In this document: positions 1 through 9,725 of the stretch, in pieces | How the letters are laid out: every line of letters begins with the position of its first letter | Position numbering within the stretch: position 1 is the first letter of the stretch | NCBI GenBank assembly: GCA_030149205.1 | Contig: JASBSB010000006.1 | Coordinates: 330,001 to 362,000, forward strand | Direction of reading: 5' to 3' | Length of the DNA: 32,000 nt | Source of the DNA: Candidatus Heimdallarchaeota archaeon | GTDB lineage: Archaea; Asgardarchaeota; Heimdallarchaeia; Heimdallarchaeales; Kariarchaeaceae | Translations under genes and position numbers: made by a program | Notes under the pieces: generated by a model | Seen by the model: the letters and a program-made list of their open reading frames with translations, nothing else | What the model was told of the DNA's origin: nothing | Database searches by the model: none

Positions 1-69
1 GGGAATCCCTATGGTTTTTACAACCTTCTTCGACCCATCTTTGAATCCAACCAACTCATATGGATTCAT
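1..69 (-). CDS. N-terminal fragment of a protein running off the window edge (MNPYELVGFKDGSKKVVKTIGIP...)
   Basis: ATG at 69 with an in-frame stop just upstream; open to base 1; TTTATAAA at 92-99 sits at a TATA-like distance. Too short to assign a function. Confidence 0.4.
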   Translation of the reverse strand, partial: MNPYELVGFKDGSKKVVKTIGIP

Positions 70-183
70 GATAGCTCAATGTCTATATTCTTTATAAAGA
101 CAAATGGTTGGATGTTATGAAATTGAATTTAATTTGTTAGCTTTTTTTTAACTCATTTAGTGACTTCTTAAAACGAACTAATC

Positions 184-2685
184 TTAAGAATTTAGAAACT
201 TTTTGAACTGTAGACGTATCTCAAGCTGCTCAAATGCCACATCAACGGCATCACTGACTCTAGGATTCTTAGAGACATATCCCTCAAAGAATTTTTCCAT
301 GTCTTCTTTTTGCTCATAGCTCTGTTGTACCACATTTAGAATAGCACCCTGAAACATAAAATTGTTAAGAGCTTCAAAAGAGTCTAAGTTTGCAATATAC
401 CACTCCCAGATATCCTTTCTTACAACCTCATTTCTGGTCAGGCGTGATATCGCAACACCACGATTCCTGCTTGGTATATCTGTGAAAACAAGACCCATCA
501 CATCTTCTAATAGATTCTTATCTGAAAGTGAGCAAAGCGCATTGATTGAGTAAATAAATTCTGTTTCACTACTTGGAGACTTGAACTGTTTCATCAACCA
601 ATCATAATCATTTGTAAATTCAGCACCTACAGCAAAAAGAACAGAACGCAGATCAGCACTAACTGCTTTTCCAGCCTTAAGTTTTTCGAATTCTCCAAGA
701 GCGAATCTCTTAGCCTCCTCTAGACCCATCTTTATTGCAATATAGAGTAAGCTTCCCCTGATAATAGAGATCCCCATACCCTCATCATCCTTGGGTGAGT
801 AACCTATACGAGAGAATACCTTTTGAAGAAAAGTGGTTCCAAATTTTTTAACTTTTTCTTTGACCTCACCATCTTCGAGCAGATCATAGATGTAATGGAG
901 ATGAGAGGCTACAGAGAAAATTCCAAGGTGTGAACTCTCATCGCTAAAGCTATCAGCAAATTCTAGATATTGATCCAAGGATATTTTTTTAGCCTTCAAT
1001 AGAGCAAAGAGATTATCTTCCAAGCCAAATCGATCCTTTGAATTGATTGTCTTGTTTCTGACTAGTTCTGAGTGACTTGCAATCAAATCAGAGGGATAGT
1101 TTATCCTGTAAAAGCCACTAAAGTCCTCATTTAATGTGAAAGTATCAAAGCTGGGTACCGTTTCAGTATGTGATTGACCATCAAAACTGAATTTTCTGCG
1201 CTCGAGTAATTTGTTATCTTTATAGAGATTTAAGGTCACAGGCACTACCCAAAGCATTTTAGAATCAGACGAAAGGTAAGTGAATCTTTTTTGTGAAAAT
1301 CTTAGCTGATTCCCTTCATGTACTATGTTTACAATTGGAATCCCTTCCTGTAAGACCCACGATTCCATCATCTTCACGATAGGTTTTCCGGTTGCCTCCT
1401 CTAGGCTTTCCCACAGGTTATTGCTTTTGGTCACCCCAAACGCATGTTTCTTGAAATAAGCCCTCAAACCCTTTCTGAAATCATCTTGACCCAAAAAGTA
1501 CTCGACCTGCCTGAGGATAGAACCACCCTTACTGTACAATATTGGAACTGTTTTGGCAGTAAATGAAATGGCCGCATCACCTTCAATTTCAATTGGTGAG
1601 GTTTTAATCATGCTATCCCAATCCATCACACCACTCGTACTTCTTGCCCCTCTAGGAAGGCCTGTATCCATCACAAAGTAATCAAAAATGTGTTTCTCTG
1701 GATAGTAGTGATCCACCACCCTAGTTGCGAAGAAGGTTGCAAAGGATTCATTTAACCATAGATATTTCCATGTCTCAGGGCTAACCAAGTTTCCAAACCA
1801 TTGGTGTGCAATCTCATGTGCTATAACGGACAAAATTGAGTTCTCTTGTGATTTTGATGTCATCCCCTCATAGTGGAGAAGTGCATTCTCTCGATAGAGG
1901 ATAGCACCCCAGTTCTCCATTGCACCAGCTGCAAAATCAGGTGTGGCTATCTGATCAAGTTTGGGGAGTGGATAAGGTTGATCAAAGTATTCCTCATCAA
2001 AATCTACCACTTTTATTCCAAAATCAAGGGCAAATTGACCATGCTTTTGTGGTTTACCCGGGGATGCGATGACTCTAAACAGTTTGTCTTTGTGTTGCTT
2101 TTCTATGTAATCAAACTCACCCACACCGAAGAATACAAGATAAGTTGACATTTTAGGTGTTCTGTCAAAGGTTACCAGTTTCTTGTCTCCTTTCTCTTCC
2201 TCTTTAACAATTGGCATGTTCGAGATTGTCATATACTTCTTTTCAGTGAGAAACCTAATATCAAAGGTTGCTTTTTTACCAGGGATATCAAAGCAGGGAA
2301 AGGCCCGTCTGGCATCATTTGCCTGAAATTGAGTGACTACCACATATCTCTCTTCATTGTCAACAAAGTACTTGGATCTATAAAACCCAGCAAGCTTATC
2401 ATTGTGCTCGCCAGTATACATAAATTTAATTCGAAAATCTCCTTCAACCTTAAAGGGTAGTTTTAACTCTATCTCCTGATTTTCTACATCCAATTTGAAG
2501 TCTTTAATCTCCTCGGATTTATTCTGAGTCAAAAGTTCGATTGAATGATAATTCAGCTCCAAAGAGTTCATAACCACTTTTGAAACACTTTCATCAGAAT
2601 GAAGTGATGCTTCACAGATCCCTTCAAACTTAAATGTTTCTAAGTTCGGTTCAAGATAAATATCATAATGAGTTGGTAATACCAT
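184..2685 (-). CDS. pepN: M1 family zinc aminopeptidase (puromycin-sensitive / tricorn-interacting F2-F3 type)
   Basis: 833 aa; GAMENWG exopeptidase motif, HEIAH...WLNESF (HEXXH-X18-E), YSKGG; long helical C-terminal (ERAP1-like) domain. Confidence 0.96.
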   Translation of the reverse strand: MVLPTHYDIYLEPNLETFKFEGICEASLHSDESVSKVVMNSLELNYHSIELLTQNKSEEIKDFKLDVENQEIELKLPFKVEGDFRIKFMYTGEHNDKLAGFYRSKYFVDNEERYVVVTQFQANDARRAFPCFDIPGKKATFDIRFLTEKKYMTISNMPIVKEEEKGDKKLVTFDRTPKMSTYLVFFGVGEFDYIEKQHKDKLFRVIASPGKPQKHGQFALDFGIKVVDFDEEYFDQPYPLPKLDQIATPDFAAGAMENWGAILYRENALLHYEGMTSKSQENSILSVIAHEIAHQWFGNLVSPETWKYLWLNESFATFFATRVVDHYYPEKHIFDYFVMDTGLPRGARSTSGVMDWDSMIKTSPIEIEGDAAISFTAKTVPILYSKGGSILRQVEYFLGQDDFRKGLRAYFKKHAFGVTKSNNLWESLEEATGKPIVKMMESWVLQEGIPIVNIVHEGNQLRFSQKRFTYLSSDSKMLWVVPVTLNLYKDNKLLERRKFSFDGQSHTETVPSFDTFTLNEDFSGFYRINYPSDLIASHSELVRNKTINSKDRFGLEDNLFALLKAKKISLDQYLEFADSFSDESSHLGIFSVASHLHYIYDLLEDGEVKEKVKKFGTTFLQKVFSRIGYSPKDDEGMGISIIRGSLLYIAIKMGLEEAKRFALGEFEKLKAGKAVSADLRSVLFAVGAEFTNDYDWLMKQFKSPSSETEFIYSINALCSLSDKNLLEDVMGLVFTDIPSRNRGVAISRLTRNEVVRKDIWEWYIANLDSFEALNNFMFQGAILNVVQQSYEQKEDMEKFFEGYVSKNPRVSDAVDVAFEQLEIRLQFKKFLNS

Positions 2686-2781
2686 ATGATATGTCCTATT
2701 AGTTACCTATTTTTAAATATGTGAAAGTTGTCCTATGTGAAACGTGTTATAATTGACTTCTGTTTATCGAAATTCCGTCTA

Positions 2782-4023
2782 TCAACCAAAGGAGTTTATG
2801 ACTATATCCTTTGCCTCATCTGGAAGTTCAATCACTGCACCACTTTGCTCATCCTTCGAGCGCCATTCAGTCAGTTTGTCCTTTAATGTTTTTGTAAAAT
2901 TCTCCAATGATTTTCTTAAATAGTAACTTGAGCGAGACACAATTAGTCCCACCATCCAGATCTGTTCATCTTTAGAACGGAATTTCTGCACAATAAAAGC
3001 CCTATCTTGAAGTGACACCTCGTTAAAAAATGAGTCTGTGCCAGATATTTCGTTAAAAACTGAAAATATCGCTGTTATGGCCCCACCCTTCAAATAAGCG
3101 TCTGGGTTGTTTTCTCCAATGTTGTGAAAGTTATATGAGAATGGGGTAAGACCAGTCTCATTTATTACTAAGACCTCATATATGGGGGTTGCAAGAGTGG
3201 TGATGTAGTTTGGGTTTCGACCATAAATTATTAACAATGGGAGCAGGAAAGTCACAACAATCAAGACAAACTGAACATTGACGATCCCCGGAACAATACT
3301 GTCAACTGCATATAAAATTATTCCCTCAGTTATCCCTGCAAAACTAGCAAACTGAACCTGTGCATTTACATCCTGGCCTATAAGCTTATAATTCCGTAAA
3401 CTTCGGTAAAAAGAAACTGTTCCAAAAGCAGCGACAAAGAGCAAGCCACCAATAAAAAACAATGATTTACTGAGGATTCCCAATACTGGTTCTGATAGAT
3501 AATCCTTGGTTGAGAGTAATGAGGCTAATCCTACCAACACAACTGGAGAAACGGAACCGAGGGTGATAACTGATCTGGAAAGTGGGGGAAATATGTTTGT
3601 TTGGAATTCCAAGTGAAGATAAAGAAATATAACAAAGATTCCAGCCAATATGAACCAAACTTGGTCATGTAATACGTAATTTACCAATGGGTAGGGTTTT
3701 GCATCCTTCCAGGTAGTTTCATCAATTATCCAAGACCAAGTAAACATTAGAATTGCAAAAATCATTGAAAAGATGAAATACAAGGCATTTGTCATGTTCT
3801 CCCGTCTATAACTCACTATGATAAGCCTAGACGTAAATATAATCATAATTATTATCGGGAACAGATAATAGGGAAGAATCCCACCTATTCTTAGCCATCT
3901 AAATTGTGACCATGATTCAGCAACAGAAGGCACTGAAAGAGTACCAATCTCAATCAAAAGGATCACCTGAGTTAGAAAAAAAGGCCATCCAACAGTCTTA
4001 ATAAAATTTCCAGAATCACTCAT
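2782..4023 (-). CDS. Polytopic membrane protein (about 7-8 TM) with C-terminal longin/roadblock-like domain
   Basis: 413 aa; hydrophobic helices through about residue 270; then VLVINETGLTPFSYNF...LKGGAITAIFSVFNEI...EVSLQDRAFIV, a pattern shared with 27852-28916 and 29097-30170. Confidence 0.75.
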   Translation of the reverse strand: MSDSGNFIKTVGWPFFLTQVILLIEIGTLSVPSVAESWSQFRWLRIGGILPYYLFPIIIMIIFTSRLIIVSYRRENMTNALYFIFSMIFAILMFTWSWIIDETTWKDAKPYPLVNYVLHDQVWFILAGIFVIFLYLHLEFQTNIFPPLSRSVITLGSVSPVVLVGLASLLSTKDYLSEPVLGILSKSLFFIGGLLFVAAFGTVSFYRSLRNYKLIGQDVNAQVQFASFAGITEGIILYAVDSIVPGIVNVQFVLIVVTFLLPLLIIYGRNPNYITTLATPIYEVLVINETGLTPFSYNFHNIGENNPDAYLKGGAITAIFSVFNEISGTDSFFNEVSLQDRAFIVQKFRSKDEQIWMVGLIVSRSSYYLRKSLENFTKTLKDKLTEWRSKDEQSGAVIELPDEAKDIVINSFG

Positions 4024-4242
4024 GCAGAATACAATTTTAACTTAGGTTAAAAACGTTTAACAATATTTCCTTTTCCTATCCATTCTTTCTATAAAATAAT
4101 TGAGATATAAGCAACAAATTATATTTTATGAATTTAAGGACTCAAAGGTTCAAATTCAACTTAATTTTGGAGTGAAAAATAATGCAGAAAAAGTATTTTA
4201 TTATCATAATCTTTTAATCCAAGAGTATAGAAATTTGAGTAT

Positions 4243-4683
4243 ATGAGCAAATCTCCAACTAATTATTATATTAGTACCCATGAGGAGGATGTTCAAACAG
4301 ACCAAAAGTTGCTTGAAAAAAGGTTAGCACTAAAGTATAAACAGATGGTGAGACGTAAAGGTTTGAAGTATCTTATCATATGGATAATAATTGGCGTTGT
4401 ATTTTATTTTTACTTCCCAAATTTTCCAGACGTCTACTTTGGGACTAATAAATACTTTCAAATCGCAGGCGTTATAGGGAGCCTGGCCCTCTTTTCTGTA
4501 TATTCGAGTTTTATTGGAGGTTCAAAACCCCAGTTTCCAGCAATGGCATACAGTGGAACCCAGTACAATATTATTAATGACATTAATAACTCCAGAACCA
4601 GAATGTTTGAAACCGTGTTAGCCCCATCAATAGGGCTGATGCTCTCACTCTTCTTTATGGTTCTTGGATTTAAGTTCGGATAA
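4243..4683 (+). CDS. Hypothetical membrane protein (about 3 TM)
   Basis: 146 aa ORF with ATG start and three hydrophobic segments; 60 bp upstream of the IMPDH/GMPR gene on the same strand. Confidence 0.75.
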   Translation: MSKSPTNYYISTHEEDVQTDQKLLEKRLALKYKQMVRRKGLKYLIIWIIIGVVFYFYFPNFPDVYFGTNKYFQIAGVIGSLALFSVYSSFIGGSKPQFPAMAYSGTQYNIINDINNSRTRMFETVLAPSIGLMLSLFFMVLGFKFG

Positions 4684-4743
4684 TATGTTTTTTTGTTGAC
4701 ATACTTGCAAAGTTTTTTAGAAATTACATGAATACAAAAATGG

Positions 4744-6171
4744 ATGCAAATCAGAACCGGTCTAACCTTTCAAGATGTGTTACTGGTACCCAAGCTCAGT
4801 GATGTGAATACCAGAAGATCAATAGAAGTAACCACAAATCTTACAAAGAAGATTCATATGAACATACCAATTGTCGCTTCAAACATGGACACTGTCTGTG
4901 AATCAGATATGGCAATCCAAATGGCTCGCATGGGTGGGATTGGGTTTATTCATAGGTTCCTAACCATCGACGATCAAGTTAGAGAACTTGAGAAAGTGAA
5001 GAGAGCTGAGAGTGTGATTATTGAAAGACCCTACACTATATCACCAAATCAATCTGTGAATGAAGCGGTGGAGGTTATGGAGACTAAAAAGGTGTCTGGG
5101 CTTATCGTCTTGGATGACAAAATGACTGTGAGTGGGATAATCACTCAAAGAGATGTAGCATTTGCCAAACAGGGTCAGACTGTGGAACAGGTCATGACTA
5201 AGAAGGTTGTTTCTGGAGAAGTGGGCATCAAAATGGAACAGGCCAAAGAGTTGATGTACCAACACAGAATTGAAAAACTACCAATCCTTTCAGAAGACAA
5301 GAAACTAAAAGGTCTCATCACACTGCAAGACATTATTAAAAAGGAAGAGAACCCATTCGCAACCAAAGATTCGAAGGGAAGATTAGCGGTTGGTGCCGCA
5401 GTCGGTGTAAAAGGTGACTACCTCAAAAGAACTGAAGCCCTTGTAAACGCAGAAGTGGATGCCATTGTTGTTGATATAGCTCATGGTCATTCAACCCTGG
5501 CAATCAACACTGTAAAGAAGATAAAGAAGGAGTTTGATGTTGAGGTTGTTGCAGGAAATGTGGCAACTAAGCAGGGAACGGAAGATCTAATAGCCGCGGG
5601 TGCAGATGGGATCAAAGTTGGAGTGGGACCGGGCTCTATCTGTGTCACAAGAATTGTTGCAGGAGCAGGAGTTCCTCAGCTTACTGCCATCTTGGATTCT
5701 GCTGAGGGAGCAAAAGATGAGGGTATCCCACTTATTGCGGATGGAGGAATCAGAACCTCTGGAGACGTAGCAAAGGCACTTATGGCTGGAGCAGACTCAG
5801 TAATGCTTGGATCGTTACTTGCAGGCACTACAGAAAGCCCAGGGTTACCCATACTAAGAAATGGAAAAAGATACAAGGTGATTAGAGGAATGGCCTCATT
5901 TGGTGCAACGCTTGGGAGAGAAGCCAGGGAAAAGAAAGGATCATTTGATGAGGGAGACCTCGAGAATGTTGTTCCTGAGGGTGTAGAGGCGTTGGTTCCT
6001 TTCAAAGGTTCAGCAAAAGATGTTGTCAACCAGTTAATTGGTGGTCTGAAATCGGGAATTTCGTATTGTGGGGGTCATACTCTTGCACAAGCTAGAAAGA
6101 ATGCTGAGTTCATTAGAATCACCAGTGCTGGTGTAAAAGAAAGCAACGCACACGATGTTGAACTAGTTTGA
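4744..6171 (+). CDS. guaB: IMP dehydrogenase / GMP reductase family enzyme with CBS subdomain (GuaB-like; motifs favour GMP reductase)
   Basis: 475 aa; [22 protein letters not shown] pair, VDIAHGHS, catalytic loop [30 protein letters not shown]. The flap lacks the Arg-Tyr dyad typical of IMPDH. Confidence 0.93.
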   Translation: MQIRTGLTFQDVLLVPKLSDVNTRRSIEVTTNLTKKIHMNIPIVASNMDTVCESDMAIQMARMGGIGFIHRFLTIDDQVRELEKVKRAESVIIERPYTISPNQSVNEAVEVMETKKVSGLIVLDDKMTVSGIITQRDVAFAKQGQTVEQVMTKKVVSGEVGIKMEQAKELMYQHRIEKLPILSEDKKLKGLITLQDIIKKEENPFATKDSKGRLAVGAAVGVKGDYLKRTEALVNAEVDAIVVDIAHGHSTLAINTVKKIKKEFDVEVVAGNVATKQGTEDLIAAGADGIKVGVGPGSICVTRIVAGAGVPQLTAILDSAEGAKDEGIPLIADGGIRTSGDVAKALMAGADSVMLGSLLAGTTESPGLPILRNGKRYKVIRGMASFGATLGREAREKKGSFDEGDLENVVPEGVEALVPFKGSAKDVVNQLIGGLKSGISYCGGHTLAQARKNAEFIRITSAGVKESNAHDVELV

Positions 6172-6328
6172 ACTGTATTGAATTCACCACAAACCCTTGA
6201 TCTCTGAAAAAAGAAAACAAAGGAAAGCTAATCCAGTTGATATTGTTAATTCTCCGTGATCTAAAATAAAATTCCTTTAGTTGAACAGTAATAACAATGA
6301 TTAAATAATTAAATTGCTAATAGTAGCT

Positions 6329-6631
6329 ATGGTCCTTTCAGATGATAATAACCCTGAAGTTGAAGGAGATACATCCAAAGAACCTGTAATTGCCGATAAT
6401 ATGTCTGGCTTTGAAAATCCCAACTCAATTTTCAGTAGATTTAAAAACAAGCTCTCTCCAGTGAAAATGAAAACAATTGGATTCGGTCGGAGAGTACTTG
6501 GTTTTCTTAAAGATTTATTAATAAAATTTATAATTATTGGTTTGGTTTCTACATTTACATGGGGAATCGTAGATATATCAGATAAGGTGTTGTTTAAGGA
6601 TGACACTGATGAGAAGAGAAGGAGACGTTGA
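6329..6631 (+). CDS. Small hypothetical membrane protein with acidic then polybasic C-terminus
   Basis: ATG at 6329 preferred over the track start 6314 because TTAAATA at 6301 is at TATA distance; one TM segment; ends DDTDEKRRRR. Confidence 0.65.
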   Translation: MVLSDDNNPEVEGDTSKEPVIADNMSGFENPNSIFSRFKNKLSPVKMKTIGFGRRVLGFLKDLLIKFIIIGLVSTFTWGIVDISDKVLFKDDTDEKRRRR

Positions 6632-6741
6632 GGTAGGAGTACTAGTTAAATATTGAGAACAATTGAATAATTCATTGATAACCTATATTTCAAATGTATT
6701 ATTGCTGTAAGGTATAAAAAAGAGGATAATTTTTATTCCTA

Positions 6742-7170
6742 ATGAAAGCTAAAATTAACGATCTCTTCCTTTTTGTCAATGACTTACTTCTTACAAAAAA
6801 ATTCTACTCAGAATTGCTTGAGTTGGAGGAGATCTGGGTGAATCTGCATGGAGATAAAATGAGCTATGTCGTGTATACACTAGGTAACGAACAAAAGCTC
6901 CATTTTTACCGAAGGAAGCAAATTGTTGATAAACAGACAGAATGGGCTCTACAGCCAGGAAGTCAGATTGAAGAATCAAAGGAAGTTTTCTCTTTTACCC
7001 TGGAATATGACAAAGAGCAATTTAAGAGGGTTGCCAAGAATTGTATCGACAAACGGATCAGCCACACAGAACGAATTGTTGACAGAGGTGGATATTATGC
7101 CCTCACTATCCAAGACCCTGACGGATTAACGATTGATATTTATACACTAGACCCAGACGATGAACTGTGA
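6742..7170 (+). CDS. VOC (glyoxalase/bleomycin-resistance/dioxygenase) family protein
   Basis: 142 aa; LFVNDLLLTKKFYSELL and IQDPDGLTIDI match the VOC beta-alpha-beta-beta-beta signature. Confidence 0.88.
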   Translation: MKAKINDLFLFVNDLLLTKKFYSELLELEEIWVNLHGDKMSYVVYTLGNEQKLHFYRRKQIVDKQTEWALQPGSQIEESKEVFSFTLEYDKEQFKRVAKNCIDKRISHTERIVDRGGYYALTIQDPDGLTIDIYTLDPDDEL

Positions 7171-7355
7171 GAAAAGCGTACCTTTCAGCCTGGATGAAAA
7201 TCAGCTTAGGTGCTCATAGAGTAAATGTTCTAAGTACTTATTTAAATTCTATAAACTTAATTTCTTCTAACACCCAAAATTCTTTTAAGATAATTGAAAC
7301 CAAATAGACAAAATTGAAGGAAAAGAATTATAAATCGTCGAGAATCTGCAATATT

Positions 7356-7658
7356 ATGGATGATCCCGGTAAAAAAATTTCAGGAGTATTGGAAAATACA
7401 ACAAAAAGAATGATCCCCAAAAGACTCTATCAATTCATTGTTAAACAACACCCTATCATCAGTGGGACCCTCTTAACCATCTGGACCGGATTTTGGATGT
7501 TTCTGACTATTGTATTAAATGGTCTCTTTATCTTGGTTATTCTATTAACAATTGTTGCAGTCATTGCACTTGTAGCCTTGGGAACAGGTGGTGCAGTTGA
7601 CCTGTCTGGATTGGGAAGTCTGTCTATGGGGGGCGGTGATAACAAAAAAGAAAAATAG
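7356..7658 (+). CDS. Small hypothetical membrane protein, paralog 1 of a tandem pair
   Basis: From ATG 7356 it aligns without gaps with 8004-8327 over the N-terminal half (MIPKRLYQFIVKQHPIISG); TTATAAA at 7328-7334; long hydrophobic hairpin, basic tail. Confidence 0.8.
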   Translation: MDDPGKKISGVLENTTKRMIPKRLYQFIVKQHPIISGTLLTIWTGFWMFLTIVLNGLFILVILLTIVAVIALVALGTGGAVDLSGLGSLSMGGGDNKKEK

Positions 7659-8003
7659 CTTTTAAACATAGCAAGATTGTCAATGTTGTATTTGATTATA
7701 TCTTTTCGATCAAATGATAGGTTCATCAACAAATGAATATCTGATACGGTGATGAAATTAATCCAAAGCTGTTGGCAATAAGTTAAAAAAAACCAATTAC
7801 TAAAAAGCAAAAATCGGTTGTTAAGTATCAAGTTAACAATATGTAACAGGGGGTAATTTGAGGGGATTACTTATAATCAGAAGTAAATTAATTGTTTTAA
7901 CAGAATATGAGTAATTCTAGGTGTATAGAATTTTTTGCAAATTTAAATCATTTTCACACATTGTAAGAAAAAGAAATAAATGCACTCAAATCCAGCATAA
8001 AAT

Positions 8004-8327
8004 ATGAGTTCTACTGGAAAACAAATTTCAGACACCATGAGAAAAACTTCGAGAAGAATGATTCCTCGAAGGATCTATGTTTTTATCATGAAACAGCATC
8101 CTATAATCAGTGGCATTCTATTAACATTATGGACCGTCTTCTGGACAACGCTTGCATTTTTATTTGAGTTATTACTAATCCTGATAGTTGTAATTACCAT
8201 AACAGCAATTGTGGGGGTTTTTGTGGCTGCACTGACGGGAGATAGTGATGTGGATCTTGATTTATTTGATGATACTTTTTTATATACAGACTTTGGGAGA
8301 AACAAGAAGAAAAGGAAAAAACAATAG
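8004..8327 (+). CDS. Small hypothetical membrane protein, paralog 2 of a tandem pair
   Basis: 107 aa; MIPRRIYVFIMKQHPIISG; hydrophobic hairpin; acidic then polybasic tail (RNKKKRKKQ). Confidence 0.8.
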   Translation: MSSTGKQISDTMRKTSRRMIPRRIYVFIMKQHPIISGILLTLWTVFWTTLAFLFELLLILIVVITITAIVGVFVAALTGDSDVDLDLFDDTFLYTDFGRNKKKRKKQ

Positions 8328-8651
8328 ATGATGTTGTTATTAGATTATGAAGCGTACTGTTGCGAGAGCAGAGTAAGTTGAAATCTGAGAAAAAATTTGT
8401 TATTTCTTTAATATTGCTTTGTGTGAAAGTATTGTAACCATGAGAAATTACTCCCTTTAAAATAGGTTCTGTGAACAAGTTCCAGTGAATGCTGTATTCA
8501 AATACTCAAATTTAGAAGATTTCCATATTTTATCAGAATTTATCGATTATTTTCTATTAATTCAATGATAATCAAAAATATTATCTAGAGTTACCTCCAA
8601 TTTTTTTTCACCTGTCGAAAACTTTAAAGAGATGCAAAGTACGAAACCCGT

Positions 8652-9365
8652 ATGGACAGCTCAATCAAGAAAGGATTGATGGGATTCCTACCAATTGCCC
8701 CTTCTGCATTATTCTTTGGGATGATATACGGATACATAGCTGCATCTGGTGGTGTTTCTTTGCTGATAACCTCAGCCCTCTCTATGTTTGTGTTTGCAGG
8801 TGCGGCACAAGTTATAGCAGTTGTGTTCATGAGTCAGAACCAACCAATGATCGGTATCATCATAGCGGTCACAGTCGTAAACCTTAGACACTTGATCTAT
8901 GGGGCAACACTTCATGATGCATTTGATATGAAATGGTGGAAAAAACTCCCTCTTGCTTTCTTAATGACTGATGAGGTCTTCCTGCTGACCTCACTTGCCA
9001 GAAAGGAGAAAAAAGTGTATGATCTAAAACTGGTGCTACTGGCATCAGGTTTGGCTCTATGGGTTTCGTTTAACATTGCAACAGTTGTTGGGTACCTTAT
9101 TCAGACACTTTCTAACCAGATAAACATCCCAGAAGACCTGCTTATTGCGGCATCATTTGTTGGGTTTCTTGCTGAGCAATGGAGAAAATACAGAGAGGAG
9201 CGACTCATGATCTCTGTACTCGCAATCCTATCACTTATTTTATTTAGATTGACAACAACAACAAATCTCCTACTGATAATCATGGGTGCGGGTTTTCTGT
9301 ACACTTACATCAGGGATAGCAGATTCATGGCCAATTCCGACACAGCGATTGAGGTGGACCTATGA
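8652..9365 (+). CDS. azlC: AzlC family branched-chain amino acid exporter, large subunit
   Basis: FAGAAQ, VNLRHLIY and LMTDEVF motifs; polytopic; overlaps the AzlD-like gene by 4 bp. Confidence 0.93.
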   Translation: MDSSIKKGLMGFLPIAPSALFFGMIYGYIAASGGVSLLITSALSMFVFAGAAQVIAVVFMSQNQPMIGIIIAVTVVNLRHLIYGATLHDAFDMKWWKKLPLAFLMTDEVFLLTSLARKEKKVYDLKLVLLASGLALWVSFNIATVVGYLIQTLSNQINIPEDLLIAASFVGFLAEQWRKYREERLMISVLAILSLILFRLTTTTNLLLIIMGAGFLYTYIRDSRFMANSDTAIEVDL

Positions 9366-9691
9366 CATATGATTCCCTCACCGTTCTCATTGGCATCATA
9401 GGCATGTCACTAGCAACGTTTCTGACCAGAGCTTTGTTTTTCATCTATCCACCACGGATTGTACTTCGCCAGAACATCCGAAGAGCACTGAATTCAGTTC
9501 CAGCAGCCATGTTAGTCGCATTGGTGGTTCCTTTCACCTTTACAGCAGTAACACTAAATCTAATGCTCGTCCAGTTGGCATGTGTAAGCTCTGGATTTAT
9601 TGCAGCTTATTTACTTAAGAGACCTGGAATGGGGATCGTCATTGCTCTTCTGCTTTTTTTTGTCGCCTCGAGTGTGTTACATTTGGTGTAG
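9362..9691 (+). CDS. azlD: AzlD family exporter, small subunit
   Basis: 109 aa hydrophobic; MSLATFLTRAL and ALNSVPAAMLVALV patterns; ATGA overlap with azlC. Confidence 0.88.
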   Translation: MTYDSLTVLIGIIGMSLATFLTRALFFIYPPRIVLRQNIRRALNSVPAAMLVALVVPFTFTAVTLNLMLVQLACVSSGFIAAYLLKRPGMGIVIALLLFFVASSVLHLV

Positions 9692-9725
9692 GAGATATCA
9701 TTTGAAAATTTGAAACTATAACGCA

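Noticed and set aside
4035-4052. Inverted repeat TTTTAAC-TTAG-GTTAAAA upstream of the TM-longin gene
   Set aside because: Almost all A/T in an AT-rich spacer, single occurrence; not distinguishable from chance.
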